A DNA stretch of 64,000 nt, taken from an uncultured Chloroflexia bacterium. GTDB lineage: Bacteria; Chloroflexota; Dehalococcoidia; GIF9; UBA5629. Location of the stretch: the NCBI GenBank assembly GCA_963751585.1, contig CAVVVB010000014.1:81828-145827 (forward strand). The letters run 5' to 3'. Positions 17,042-26,509 of this stretch are shown here, one piece after another; position 1 is the first letter of the stretch; every line of letters starts with the position of its first letter. Under the pieces are notes generated by a model. The model was not told the DNA's origin. It did not search any database and worked only from the letters and a program-made list of their open reading frames with translations. The position numbers and the translations under genes are program-made.

Positions 17042-17336
17042 TGGAATTTACAATTTGTCAAGACATGAAATCTTCTGGATAAGAATCGAGATCGCCACGT
17101 CGCCCGATAGTCTGGGCCCTCGCGATGACGTAAGGGGCGATCTTTTCTTAAGTATTATTTGGGCATGAACGGCCTGATAGAAGCTCATGTAGCGGGTGAT
17201 ACGTGGAAAACATTGTTAAACGTCATTGCGAGCCCCTATGCAATCGGGGCGTGGCAATCTATACCCGGTGACCAACGTTGGCCTTTGCTGAGATCGCGAC
17301 GTCCCCCGATACATCGGGGTCCACGCGATGACATTA
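17042..17336. repeat. Intergenic array of ~45-bp palindromic units (GAGATyGCCACG-hairpin-CTCGCrATGAC) in both orientations
   Basis: Examples: cgagatcgccacgtcgcccgatagtctgggccctcgcgatgacg; cgtcattgcgagcccctatgcaatcggggcgtggcaatct; agatcgcgacgtcccccgatacatcggggtccacgcgatgac. The same family occurs at 33100-33220 and 48270-48400. Confidence 0.65.
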
Positions 17337-19157
17337 TCAGGAGGCAGCAGCTTGGGGAATAATGGGAAGCAGCAGATGGGACGGGTATTTGCTGTTATGA
17401 TAGATCTTGTGGGACGTCGTTTGGCTGCTGCAGATATGGTAAGGTATATACTCGACATTGGTTAAGCCCCCCACCCCAGTGGGTAGGTCCAGGCTGGTAA
17501 TATCCAGGCAGATTCGATGTCCTTCCTTAAACAGGTTTGCCGTGGACAGGATTTCGATAGCATATTCGTTTATTTCCCCGGGCACGACGGGTTTGCAGGC
17601 TTCTCTGGTAAGCGGATGCCACGGTTTCCATGACTTTGACCTCTTTGGGTCTGTGGCCCGATGCGACGCTTTAAGCCAGCCTCTGGTTAGCTCTCTTTCC
17701 GGAAGATCGGCCGGAACTGTGGTCTCACCTTCCCTGGCCGTTCTCACCGAGACATCAGGACCTACGTCTTTTAGTATCACTATCCAGTTTGTGTCCTCCT
17801 GATCGATTGAAGCATAGAGATTCAGGACGATCGGCCCGGCAACCAGCATATCTTCAGGCAAAGGATCGGTCATGTATCTTAGCCTCTGAACGGTATTCGT
17901 CTGCGTCGGCGGCATCTGGACGAAGATGTCCGGCTGCTCATAGCCGCTGCTACCGCTCGAGGGTACGAATGGTTCCTCGGTCAACCGTTCCCAGCTGTTC
18001 AGGTAGTACTTCGTCCATTTTGTCTCCGGTACCGGCCAATCATCGGCATAATGCCACTCATTGGCTCCCATCACCCAGTATTTAACCGGAGGTTCATCCA
18101 TGATGCCGGTATCTATACCCTTAAGCCAGTAGTCATACCACTTCAAAATCTCGTCGTGGTATGAATGGAATGGGCGTTCCATGTGTGCCGGCCCGGTAAA
18201 CATGAGTTTTTTCGGTACCTTTAAATTACTGTACCAGTGTTGCGAGCCCTGCAAATGCGCCTTATATGTATAAGCGTACCAGCCGCAACCTGTGTAAGCG
18301 GGAATTTTTACCCGGGCGAAATCCGCCTCGGTCTTTTTCACGGTCTCTTCTGTATCAAATGGATCCAGGATAATGTGAAAAAACAATGGCATCTGCTGTC
18401 CCTTTTGAGTCAGGATGTTATAGATTTGGGGATACATCCGATAGTCGGGGTTGTTAATGGCGTCCTGCCACAGACGTTCCAGTTGGGGAGGCAAAGGTCC
18501 CGGCCTGCCCTTAACGCCATGAACGACAGAGAGTCCCTCCAAAATGAAGTGAAACATGTGGACAACGCCGCCGGGATACCAATCCCGAAAACTCAACGGC
18601 CCGCCATATGCTCCCGAAGGATCATAGGGAAATATGGCCTTAAGATGTGGCGGCTGCAGCAGCGCTGCCTTTAATTGAGAACCGCCGTAGGCGGAAATGC
18701 CTGACATGCCGACATTGCCATCGCACCAGGGCTGCTGCGCCATCCATTCAATCAGGTCGTACAAATCAAAATTTGGAGCATCCGGCGGTGTCCCCGGCGG
18801 GCCATCCTCCGATTTGCCTGTGCCTCTCTCGTTGCCGATAACGTGCGCGTAGCCACGGGACACAAAGTATTCCGTGTCCCCCGATTCTATGGGGCCGCCC
18901 CAGAGGGTGGACCAGGCTGGTTGTGGGGGTATAGCTTGAGCCACCTCGGGCGACTGCAAATCTTTGTTATGAAGGGCTATAGCCAGGAGCGCCGGAAACT
19001 TCCCCGCATGATCAGGTCGGTAGATGTCGACACACAGATGGACTCCATCACGCATGCGGACCATTACATCTTTTTCAGTTATCATCTTCGCATACGACGG
19101 CTTCGGTTGATAAGGCTGTGACGCTGCCACGCCGGAAGCCTTAACTTTTTTTGCCAT
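17337..19157 (-). CDS. CocE/NonD-family alpha/beta hydrolase (X-Pro dipeptidyl-peptidase S15-like)
   Basis: VMVRMRDGVHLCVDIYRP near the N-terminus, ~600 aa with a PepX_C-like C-terminal half. GGAGGAGAA RBS before the ATG at 19157 (MAKKVKA). The track's longer start is a non-ATG codon inside the RBS. Confidence 0.75.
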   Translation of the reverse strand: MAKKVKASGVAASQPYQPKPSYAKMITEKDVMVRMRDGVHLCVDIYRPDHAGKFPALLAIALHNKDLQSPEVAQAIPPQPAWSTLWGGPIESGDTEYFVSRGYAHVIGNERGTGKSEDGPPGTPPDAPNFDLYDLIEWMAQQPWCDGNVGMSGISAYGGSQLKAALLQPPHLKAIFPYDPSGAYGGPLSFRDWYPGGVVHMFHFILEGLSVVHGVKGRPGPLPPQLERLWQDAINNPDYRMYPQIYNILTQKGQQMPLFFHIILDPFDTEETVKKTEADFARVKIPAYTGCGWYAYTYKAHLQGSQHWYSNLKVPKKLMFTGPAHMERPFHSYHDEILKWYDYWLKGIDTGIMDEPPVKYWVMGANEWHYADDWPVPETKWTKYYLNSWERLTEEPFVPSSGSSGYEQPDIFVQMPPTQTNTVQRLRYMTDPLPEDMLVAGPIVLNLYASIDQEDTNWIVILKDVGPDVSVRTAREGETTVPADLPERELTRGWLKASHRATDPKRSKSWKPWHPLTREACKPVVPGEINEYAIEILSTANLFKEGHRICLDITSLDLPTGVGGLTNVEYIPYHICSSQTTSHKIYHNSKYPSHLLLPIIPQAAAS

Positions 19158-19463
19158 TTCTCCTCCTGTTGTAAGCAACTAGAAAATCAAATTTGGCATG
19201 AGCTGTGGTGCTCACTGCTAGCTGGCGAGCGCGAGCACTGCCGCACTACTGGCAACCGCAATACTCCGGTGATGTGTTCAGGCACCTTGACAAGAGCTAT
19301 ACCCGACATTATTATGCGCTTGCACGGAATGTCCTGCAATTCTCGTCTATTTTCACGAAATGTTAGTATTTGAGAATTACAAAGTCAAGGTCTCATTTGA
19401 TATCCTAAATGACAGCGATAAAGATTACTGGTTTCGGTCAAATGAAACACAGGAGGACGATAC

Positions 19464-20222
19464 ATGAATATCGATGAATTTCTGGAGCTGGTTCATAAAA
19501 GGCGAAGTGTTCGCAAGTTAAAACCGGACCCATTTCCTGATGAATGGTTGGAAAAGATACTAGAAGCCGGCCGATGGGCGATGTCTGGATGTAATGCTCA
19601 ACCGTGGGAATTCATTGTGGTCAAGAACAAGGAGACAAAGCATAAGATGGCTGAGTTGTGGTGTGAGAATCTTAAGGAGATGGAAGCCATAGAAATGACT
19701 CGAATACCGGAGTACCGGCATCCGCTATTTCTGCGTCCTCATGCTCTCCCCAACTGGAAAGATGCTCCGGTTCTGATAGTCGCCTGTGGTGATAGGAGGA
19801 CACTGCAGGCAACCATTCTCGCGGTCAACTTTATCGGGGCTGAGGGTGGTGCCGGGGCTGATGCCAGCTTTTTGAAAGCCATGGCTAATCCGTGCCAGAT
19901 CATGCATCTGGCAGCAACGTCGCTGGGGTTGGCCTCCCATTGGCTGAGCGTCGAGCGGATCTTCGAACAGCAGTTGAGGAGCATCTTGGATGTGCCCGGG
20001 CTGCTGGAGATACATTCGATAGTGGTGCTCGGGTACCCCGCATTCGAAGCGCCGACTCCATACCGGAGAGAGCTGAAAGAAATCGTCCACTATGAGAAGT
20101 ATGATAGAAGCAAGTACAGATCAGGCCAGCAAGTTATCGACTCCTTGCAGAAGTCAAGAGAAAACGTCAGAACGCAGGAGCAGGCGGCTTATAAACTGAA
20201 GACCTGGGATCAACCTGAGTAG
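19464..20222 (+). CDS. Nitroreductase-family NAD(P)H-flavin oxidoreductase
   Basis: RRSVRKL…ILEAGRWAMSGCNAQPWEFIVVKN nitroreductase signature. AGGAGG RBS. Confidence 0.8.
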   Translation: MNIDEFLELVHKRRSVRKLKPDPFPDEWLEKILEAGRWAMSGCNAQPWEFIVVKNKETKHKMAELWCENLKEMEAIEMTRIPEYRHPLFLRPHALPNWKDAPVLIVACGDRRTLQATILAVNFIGAEGGAGADASFLKAMANPCQIMHLAATSLGLASHWLSVERIFEQQLRSILDVPGLLEIHSIVVLGYPAFEAPTPYRRELKEIVHYEKYDRSKYRSGQQVIDSLQKSRENVRTQEQAAYKLKTWDQPE

Positions 20223-20283
20223 GATATTAGGTTGGTAAGGCACCCGTAATTTGAAGCAGACGATAAATTTGGAGGAGCAACAA

Positions 20284-20748
20284 GTGGCAAAAGAACAGAA
20301 GCTCAGTAAAGACGAAGAGCAGCGAATCATAGAAGGCACGAAACAGTTTATGAAGGGGCATCACGGCATTTCCGATGCTGACTTTGAGAGACACATAAGC
20401 TATCCTGCCAACAGGAAGATGGTATTGCGTAAAAGCGAATTGGATAAGTACAAGATTATTGCTGAAGTTATTGAATCCAAATATTGCGGCGCTGGTATCA
20501 AGGTGGGTCAAAAATACACTTTTCAGTCAATACCGAACCTGCTATTGGTCGAAGAATCCGACTGCCCGCTTTGCATCAAGGCTCTTGGCCCCATCTCTGA
20601 GCTGATGCATGGCTTCTGGGACCGAATAATTGAGGGGGCAGAGCCCAACGAGGGTATGTGGCAATATGCCCGATGCCTTGATATGGGGCTTGACTACGGC
20701 GGGTTAGGCAGCGTCGTATTCAAAGTCTATGCCCAGAAAATAGCCTAG
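20284..20748 (+). CDS. Hypothetical protein with C-terminal TIGR04076-like Cys-motif domain
   Basis: KYKIIAEVIESKYCGAGIKVGQKYTF…DCPLCIKALGP resembles the small TIGR04076 family pattern. GGAGGAG RBS 7 nt before the GTG at 20284. The track start (20251) lies within the RBS region. Confidence 0.5.
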   Translation: MAKEQKLSKDEEQRIIEGTKQFMKGHHGISDADFERHISYPANRKMVLRKSELDKYKIIAEVIESKYCGAGIKVGQKYTFQSIPNLLLVEESDCPLCIKALGPISELMHGFWDRIIEGAEPNEGMWQYARCLDMGLDYGGLGSVVFKVYAQKIA

Positions 20749-20787
20749 ACGAAATTAAAATACTGGCCCGGTATGTTTAGCGCGCTG

Positions 20788-21534
20788 TCATAAGGCCAGT
20801 GCTTTTCTCTCTTCGGCTGAAAGGCCCGACTTGAAATCCTTTAGTCTCTTTTGCCCTTTAGGGGTCACGTAGGCTTTCCCATCCTCGATTTTAAGATGAC
20901 CGACCAGCTCAAGTTCTTCGATCAATCCTTGCATCATCACGGGAGCTGCCAGAGGATACACTTCTTCTAACTGCTTCTTCGGCATCTTGTTTCGGATCTT
21001 ATCCACTTTGATTCCTGGATTTTGCCGGACGATGTTCAGAATCACCATTTGCTTTCTGAAGTAAGGTACAGCGTCGCCAAATTCAGATACATCGAAGGCT
21101 TCCACCTTGAATAACGCAGATGTCCGGGCATCCGGGCAAAGTACCATCACATCCTTGAGAACGATTCTCTCTGACGCGGGTGGGAATTTGAACGAGTTGA
21201 GTGGGATGAGCGTTGACAGGGAAAAACGAGGTTCAGGAGCCGGCTGCTTGATCACCTTAAACCCCACGCCGTCATACTTCTTCATTTTTTTATCCCGCAG
21301 GCTAAGAGGGGCGTACCAGAACGGGGCAAAATATTCTGGATCGAAGTATTTAGGCCCAGCAGCGATTACGGCGGTAACTTTAGGTATCAGAACGTTCCAG
21401 ACGTGGCTGCATACGCGTCCGATGCATTTCTCCCCATCGAAGATAATTTCGTCGCCGATTTTATATTGGAAATGGCAGGGATACTTTTCCTCGTCGCCCA
21501 GAAAATCAACTACTGTTGCCTTGACTTTATACAC
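20788..21534 (-). CDS. TIGR04076-like domain protein with ~150-aa C-terminal extension
   Basis: N-terminal KVKATVVDFLGDEEKYPCHFQYKIGDEIIFDGEKCIGRVCSHVWNVLIPK follows the TIGR04076 pattern (KVK.TVV…C.H.YKVGDE…DGE.C……C.HAL). Confidence 0.5.
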   Translation of the reverse strand: MYKVKATVVDFLGDEEKYPCHFQYKIGDEIIFDGEKCIGRVCSHVWNVLIPKVTAVIAAGPKYFDPEYFAPFWYAPLSLRDKKMKKYDGVGFKVIKQPAPEPRFSLSTLIPLNSFKFPPASERIVLKDVMVLCPDARTSALFKVEAFDVSEFGDAVPYFRKQMVILNIVRQNPGIKVDKIRNKMPKKQLEEVYPLAAPVMMQGLIEELELVGHLKIEDGKAYVTPKGQKRLKDFKSGLSAEERKALAL

Positions 21535-21574
21535 GAATGCCTCCTTCTAAATTTTGTGAACTCTGAAGTATATC

Positions 21575-23257
21575 TTAGGGTTTGAACCTGTATTTGTCTA
21601 AAGGGACTGGCTCGGTGGCAAGCACCATCTTTCCCGCCTTTTGCTTGAGTATTATCCATTTAAGCCAATTTTTGTCGTCGCGCTCCGGATAGTCCTCCCT
21701 GTAATGCCCGCCTCTGCTTTCTGTCCTCATCAAAGAGGCCCTGAAGTTCATCTCCGCACATACCGCCATGCTTCTTGCTTCGTGGCACTTGCCCAGTCCG
21801 TGGCAGTCTTGGGCGCGTAGTTCGGGTAATTTCTGCTGCACCTTCTCAACCCTGGATAACGCTTCATCCATCCTGTCTTTGTGCCTACGCAGGTTATACT
21901 TGGTCGGGACAATAACCTCCTGTATGCCTTGAATGATATCATCGGGTAAGAGCCCTTTGGTGCGTTTAATAGGTGCAAAAATATCTTCTTTCAGTCTCTT
22001 GACTTCTCCTTGATCTGGCTCCAGAAAAGCCTCTTTGGCAGCGAAATGCGCTGCCGACGGACCTGCCCTTCGCCCGCTAAGCACTGCGTTCATATAACCC
22101 GAACCTCTTATCTTGGCCGGTGGCGGTACCGCCCCTGGCCAAGATGAACCTGACCAGCTGGTATCTCCAATGGCCCAGAGTCCGGCAAGGCTGGTTTTCA
22201 TCTCATGGTCTACTTTGATAGGTGAAAACTCGCCATGAAAACCTAATGTTATCTCTGGCCTTGGTGAAGGTTGCCCGTATTTAGGTATTTTAGAATCCTG
22301 ACGTTCATAAAAAGCCCGCCAGCTCGGTCTCAGCTTATCCCAGTGAGATTGTATGGCGAACCGCTCTCCAAGCTGTGCCATTTCGGCACGTATCGGTCCG
22401 CGGCCTTCGTTTTGCTCTTTTTCCACGCCTAAAAGCAGAGCCAGGGGATGGTCAGGTTGTTGTCCGGAAACATATCGGTTGTATATGTTGTCACCCAGAG
22501 CATTTAAGAAGATCTGGGCTCCTACTATATGGTGCCCAGTATCTTTCCGTACCAGGTCATAGAAGTTGCCGAACTCAGCATTTCTCATCTCAGCACCGGC
22601 CCGATAAGCTGCCGCGATGCCATCACCGCAACCGGAAGCCCACATCCTCAATACTTTATAGTTACAACTTCCGTTGGCCAGTATAGTAGATTTAGCCTTG
22701 AAAACGTAGAACCGCCCATCTACGATATTGAAACCGACAGCCCCTATAACCTGGCTGTCTCGCTTGAGAAGCTCAACCACCTGGACTTTGTTTAGTATTT
22801 TCGCACCCACTTTGCGTGCTTTAGCTCGTAACGATATCAACATGTCCAGATCAACGCCGACGATTGACCATAGAGGATAGAAGACTCTCAGTGCGTCTAA
22901 TTTCCCGTCGGCATTCTTCATAACCTTCACTCCCCAGTCAGCAAGCTGCTCAACTGCAGCATACGTTTCCCGGGCGTATGAATACAGCAGCTCCTGGTCT
23001 TCCAGCCCAAAACCAATGTTTTTAACGTGATATTTTACGAATTCATCCACGTCATTATCCGGCGCCAATACCCATAGCGCTCCCCCGCCTTTTGCTGCCT
23101 TTCCGGACCAGCCGATAGTCTGCTTGTCTACCAGAAGAACATCAACGTTGCTGGATTCTTCCTTGGCCTTAATCGCGGCCGTAAGCCCGCCAATACTGCC
23201 ACCAACGATGAGCACGTCTGTGGAAATAACTTCGCCCAAATCTTCCAAACGAGCCAC
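21575..23257 (-). CDS. FAD-dependent oxidoreductase, succinate dehydrogenase/fumarate reductase flavoprotein family
   Basis: Dinucleotide fold VLIVGGSIGGLTAAIKAKE. C-terminal ESRGGHYREDYPERDDKNW, characteristic of SDH/FRD/AprA-type flavoproteins. Confidence 0.75.
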   Translation of the reverse strand: MARLEDLGEVISTDVLIVGGSIGGLTAAIKAKEESSNVDVLLVDKQTIGWSGKAAKGGGALWVLAPDNDVDEFVKYHVKNIGFGLEDQELLYSYARETYAAVEQLADWGVKVMKNADGKLDALRVFYPLWSIVGVDLDMLISLRAKARKVGAKILNKVQVVELLKRDSQVIGAVGFNIVDGRFYVFKAKSTILANGSCNYKVLRMWASGCGDGIAAAYRAGAEMRNAEFGNFYDLVRKDTGHHIVGAQIFLNALGDNIYNRYVSGQQPDHPLALLLGVEKEQNEGRGPIRAEMAQLGERFAIQSHWDKLRPSWRAFYERQDSKIPKYGQPSPRPEITLGFHGEFSPIKVDHEMKTSLAGLWAIGDTSWSGSSWPGAVPPPAKIRGSGYMNAVLSGRRAGPSAAHFAAKEAFLEPDQGEVKRLKEDIFAPIKRTKGLLPDDIIQGIQEVIVPTKYNLRRHKDRMDEALSRVEKVQQKLPELRAQDCHGLGKCHEARSMAVCAEMNFRASLMRTESRGGHYREDYPERDDKNWLKWIILKQKAGKMVLATEPVPLDKYRFKP

Positions 23258-23303
23258 TTCGACGCTCCTTTCTCTTCTGCTGATTATTCAGGGCACAGTG
23301 AAC

Positions 23304-23528
23304 TTAGTAGGGGGCCGCCAGATGCACCGGGATGATGGGTATTACTTCAATACACTGAGCGGGACAAGCGATTTCACAGGACAGACACCAGACACAGTCC
23401 TCCGGATAAGCAGCCATAGGTTTTTCCTCATCATTGTCCCAGCGGATAACGTCAACAAAGCACGCGTCCACACACATCTTGCAGCCGGTACATTTGTCCA
23501 GATCGATATCAATTTTTACGCTGCTCAC
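23304..23528 (-). CDS. 2x[4Fe-4S] ferredoxin
   Basis: CTGCKMCVDAC and CVWCLSCEIACP cluster motifs. Likely GTG start at 23528 preceded by GGGGGTG. The track ORF extends to 23639 with an implausible N-terminus. Confidence 0.65.
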   Translation of the reverse strand: MSSVKIDIDLDKCTGCKMCVDACFVDVIRWDNDEEKPMAAYPEDCVWCLSCEIACPAQCIEVIPIIPVHLAAPY

Positions 23529-23771
23529 GGAGCACCCCCATTTCTTTTCTGAGAAGAATGAGGACCAGGTGGTCCTAAAAGTAATTTTTCTAAATGCCCC
23601 TGGAAAGAAGTTTACGATGTGCCAGAATACATTGTGCACCGCCGTTTGTCAATGTATAATGGTTCGCCAGAACGGTGTATGTTCATAGGCCACTTGTTAG
23701 AAACCGTGAACGAGATTATTAGCAAAAGTTCGAATTCTTGGACCGCAAATACTTCGTGAGGAGGAGGTAAC

Positions 23772-25028
23772 ATGAAGCGATTCAACACTGTTGCGGCGAT
23801 TCTGACTGCGGTGTTCATGCTGGTCAGCGCGTTGACTGTATCCAGTTGCGCCAAATCAACATCGCCCGCTCCACCATCGTCTGCACCACCCTCGCCCGCT
23901 ATGACACTTGATATCGGCATCTCAACCCCGTTAACCGGCCCCGTAGCCGAGCTTGGTACCCAGATAAAGAATACGACACTATTGGCCATAGAAGACCAGA
24001 ATGCTAAAGGCGGGGTCACTATTGCGGGGCAAAAGTATAAGCTCAATCCTATCATACGGGATAATAAACATGATATCGTTACCGCGAAGTCCGTAGCTGA
24101 AGAGTTGATATACGATAAACACGTAAAAATCATTGCCGGCCCGGCTATAGTTGATGCAATTGCCTCGCAGCCGGTTCTCGAATCCAACAAAGTCCTGGGC
24201 TTTTATCTAAACGTAATCGTAGACAGTATGTGCACGCCTCAAAAACCCTACTCCTTTTTCTTCGGCGGCTGCATACCTCAAACTTACAATAATGTAGCTG
24301 CCTACATACAAAAATTCTATCCCCAGGCAAAGACGGTCGTCTCCATGCTACCAGATTTGGCCGATACACCCACTTTTTTTGGGGCGGCACAAAAAATGTG
24401 TGACTTATACGGACTACAATGGGTGGCAGGCGAAAAATTTCCTATAACGACAACGGACTTTTTGCCGTTTATTAACCGGGTACTGGCTAAGAACCCGGAC
24501 ATAATCGACACCGCGTCCTGTGGCGGAGCGATCGGAGGTTTGACCGCGTCTTTGATAAAGCAAATCCGGCAGGCGGGTTTCACGGGCATAATTATGGTGC
24601 CCGAGGACCCACCGACAGGTTCGATTCAAGAGATTGTTCCTGACCAATATCGAACAAAGATTGTTGTTAATGACATAAATCCTGACAGCCCCATGGTGTC
24701 CGATGCTTATCGCCAGCTGTATCATCGATATACAGATACGTACAAGCAACTTCCATACGTTATCGTCGGTAGGATGTACAATGTGATAGTTCCTTTCTTC
24801 GACTTTCTCAATGGCCAGGATACCATGGATACTACCGCATGGATGGAGGGCTTTGCCAAATATCGCTGGCAGGGTATATGGGGAAAAGAAACATTCTGGC
24901 TGGGAAAGCCGATATGGGGAATCAATCGAATGGCCTTGATCGGGACCTGGGTCTCTGAATGGACGGATGGCAAGCTAGAGACTAAATGGGACAATCCTCT
25001 GCCAATGGACCTGTACTACGCTGAATAA
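23772..25028 (+). CDS. ABC-transporter substrate-binding lipoprotein, branched-chain amino acid (LivK/PBP type 1) family
   Basis: Lipoprotein signal (LTVSSC). DIGISTPLTGPVAELGTQIKNTTLLAIEDQNAKGGV..GQKY pattern of the Leu/Ile/Val-binding family. Paralogs at 50176..51927 and 57314..58558. Confidence 0.75.
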   Translation: MKRFNTVAAILTAVFMLVSALTVSSCAKSTSPAPPSSAPPSPAMTLDIGISTPLTGPVAELGTQIKNTTLLAIEDQNAKGGVTIAGQKYKLNPIIRDNKHDIVTAKSVAEELIYDKHVKIIAGPAIVDAIASQPVLESNKVLGFYLNVIVDSMCTPQKPYSFFFGGCIPQTYNNVAAYIQKFYPQAKTVVSMLPDLADTPTFFGAAQKMCDLYGLQWVAGEKFPITTTDFLPFINRVLAKNPDIIDTASCGGAIGGLTASLIKQIRQAGFTGIIMVPEDPPTGSIQEIVPDQYRTKIVVNDINPDSPMVSDAYRQLYHRYTDTYKQLPYVIVGRMYNVIVPFFDFLNGQDTMDTTAWMEGFAKYRWQGIWGKETFWLGKPIWGINRMALIGTWVSEWTDGKLETKWDNPLPMDLYYAE

Positions 25029-25066
25029 AGAGTAAACATCAATTTACGATAGGGAGGCGTGAAAGT

Positions 25067-25285
25067 ATGTGGTATGGCATGGGCTTTTGGGGAGGCTGGA
25101 TGATCATACTCTGGATCGTAATCATTGGACTGATAGTCTGGGGGATCGTTGCCCTCACCCGGCGTGGGGCTTTCAAGTCAAACGCTGACGAGAAGAAGAC
25201 CCCGCTTGATATTGCCAAGGAGCGCTACGCTAAAGGCGAGATTTCAAAAAAAGAATTCGAGCAGATCAAGAAAGACCTTATGTAG
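25067..25285 (+). CDS. Small membrane protein with SHOCT domain
   Basis: One TM helix followed by AKERYAKGEISKKEFEQIKKDL (SHOCT consensus). Confidence 0.65.
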   Translation: MWYGMGFWGGWMIILWIVIIGLIVWGIVALTRRGAFKSNADEKKTPLDIAKERYAKGEISKKEFEQIKKDLM

Positions 25286-26501
25286 CGCCGTGTCTGCAAA
25301 GAAGCCCGTCGTACTGGCGAAGCATGCTGTCGGCGATTTTTGACCAGCTGAATTCGGCCATTCTGGCTTGCCTTGTTCTGATATCGCGGGCTTGATTACC
25401 ATCGCTGGACAGAAGCTCAGCCATCTCTCGGGCAAGGTTGCGCGGCGAATTATCCTTGGCGACGCGTCCCATTTCGCGCCAGCGTATGACGCGTTTCATG
25501 CCACCCACATTAGTGGCTACTATGGGCGTACCGCAGGCCAGAGATTCCAGCGCGACCATGCCGAAACTCTCGTAGTAGGAAGGGATGGCACAGATATCTG
25601 CGGCACTGTAAAACAGTGGCAGCTTCTCTTGCGCTACAGAACCAACAAAGGTCACCCGGTCTTCTATGTGTAAGTCTTCTGCCATCCGCTGTAAAGTCTG
25701 CACCTGACTTTGACTGTGGTCATCGCCGCCGACAATCATCAGCATCGGTGGTTTTTCGTCTTTTATGAGGGTGAAGGCTTGGAGCAACTGCTCCAGGCCT
25801 TTTAGCGGCTCGATTCGGCCGACAAAAAGTATAACCTTTTGGTGGTTCAAGCCCAGTTCCCTGCGGGCTATGTCCTTAGCCATAGGCTGGAACAGATCCG
25901 GATTGACGCCGCAGGGAATGACGGCAATTTTATCAGCGTGAGCGCCATAGCGCTTTATAAGCTCTCTTTTTTCTCTTGCTGTGGAGGCGATAATCAGGTT
26001 ACAGCCATCCACCACCTCACGTTCGCTTTCTATCCGCAGTTCGGTCTCTTCTTCGCCGATGCCGGTCGAATTTTTGACGGCAGCTAGAGTATGGAACATG
26101 GTAACGTGAGGAATATGCCACCAGGTCTGTAATTGTTTGCCTACCAGGCCTGACAGCCAGTAGTGGCTGTGAATCAAGTCATACTGGAGTTGCTCAGTTT
26201 TTCTGAAGGTCTCTATGCCACAAGCCAATCTCTGGATATAGACATAAATGGCTATCTTGGGCAACTCCTCCTCACTACCGGGTTCGAGGTGGATGAGCCT
26301 GACATTTCTGCCCAGGTTGATTATCGGCTCGTGCTGGGGCTGGTGGGCCATGGTATAAATATCCACTGTGTGCCCCTTTTTGCCAAGTTCCTGAGCCAGT
26401 TCCTTGACATAAACATTCATGCCACCGCTGTCTCTTCCCCCCAATGTGCCCAGCGGGCAGCTGTGGATACTAATTATGGCAATTCTTAATTCTTTTGACA
26501 T
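25278..26501 (-). CDS. GT4-family glycosyltransferase (MshA-like)
   Basis: ISIHSCPLGTLGGRDSGGMNVYVKELA motif typical of MshA-like GT4 enzymes, plus a C-terminal GT-B EX7E region. Confidence 0.7.
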   Translation of the reverse strand: MSKELRIAIISIHSCPLGTLGGRDSGGMNVYVKELAQELGKKGHTVDIYTMAHQPQHEPIINLGRNVRLIHLEPGSEEELPKIAIYVYIQRLACGIETFRKTEQLQYDLIHSHYWLSGLVGKQLQTWWHIPHVTMFHTLAAVKNSTGIGEEETELRIESEREVVDGCNLIIASTAREKRELIKRYGAHADKIAVIPCGVNPDLFQPMAKDIARRELGLNHQKVILFVGRIEPLKGLEQLLQAFTLIKDEKPPMLMIVGGDDHSQSQVQTLQRMAEDLHIEDRVTFVGSVAQEKLPLFYSAADICAIPSYYESFGMVALESLACGTPIVATNVGGMKRVIRWREMGRVAKDNSPRNLAREMAELLSSDGNQARDIRTRQARMAEFSWSKIADSMLRQYDGLLCRHGAT

Positions 26502-26509
26502 GGGCGTTC

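Noticed and set aside
17458-18674. Plus-strand ORFs 17458..17802, 17789..18085, 18237..18674 and minus-strand ORFs within etf/ACAD genes (40394..40840, 42404..42862 etc.)
   Set aside because: They overlap high-confidence genes (CocE/NonD hydrolase, ACAD, EtfA) on the opposite strand or in another frame and are spurious.
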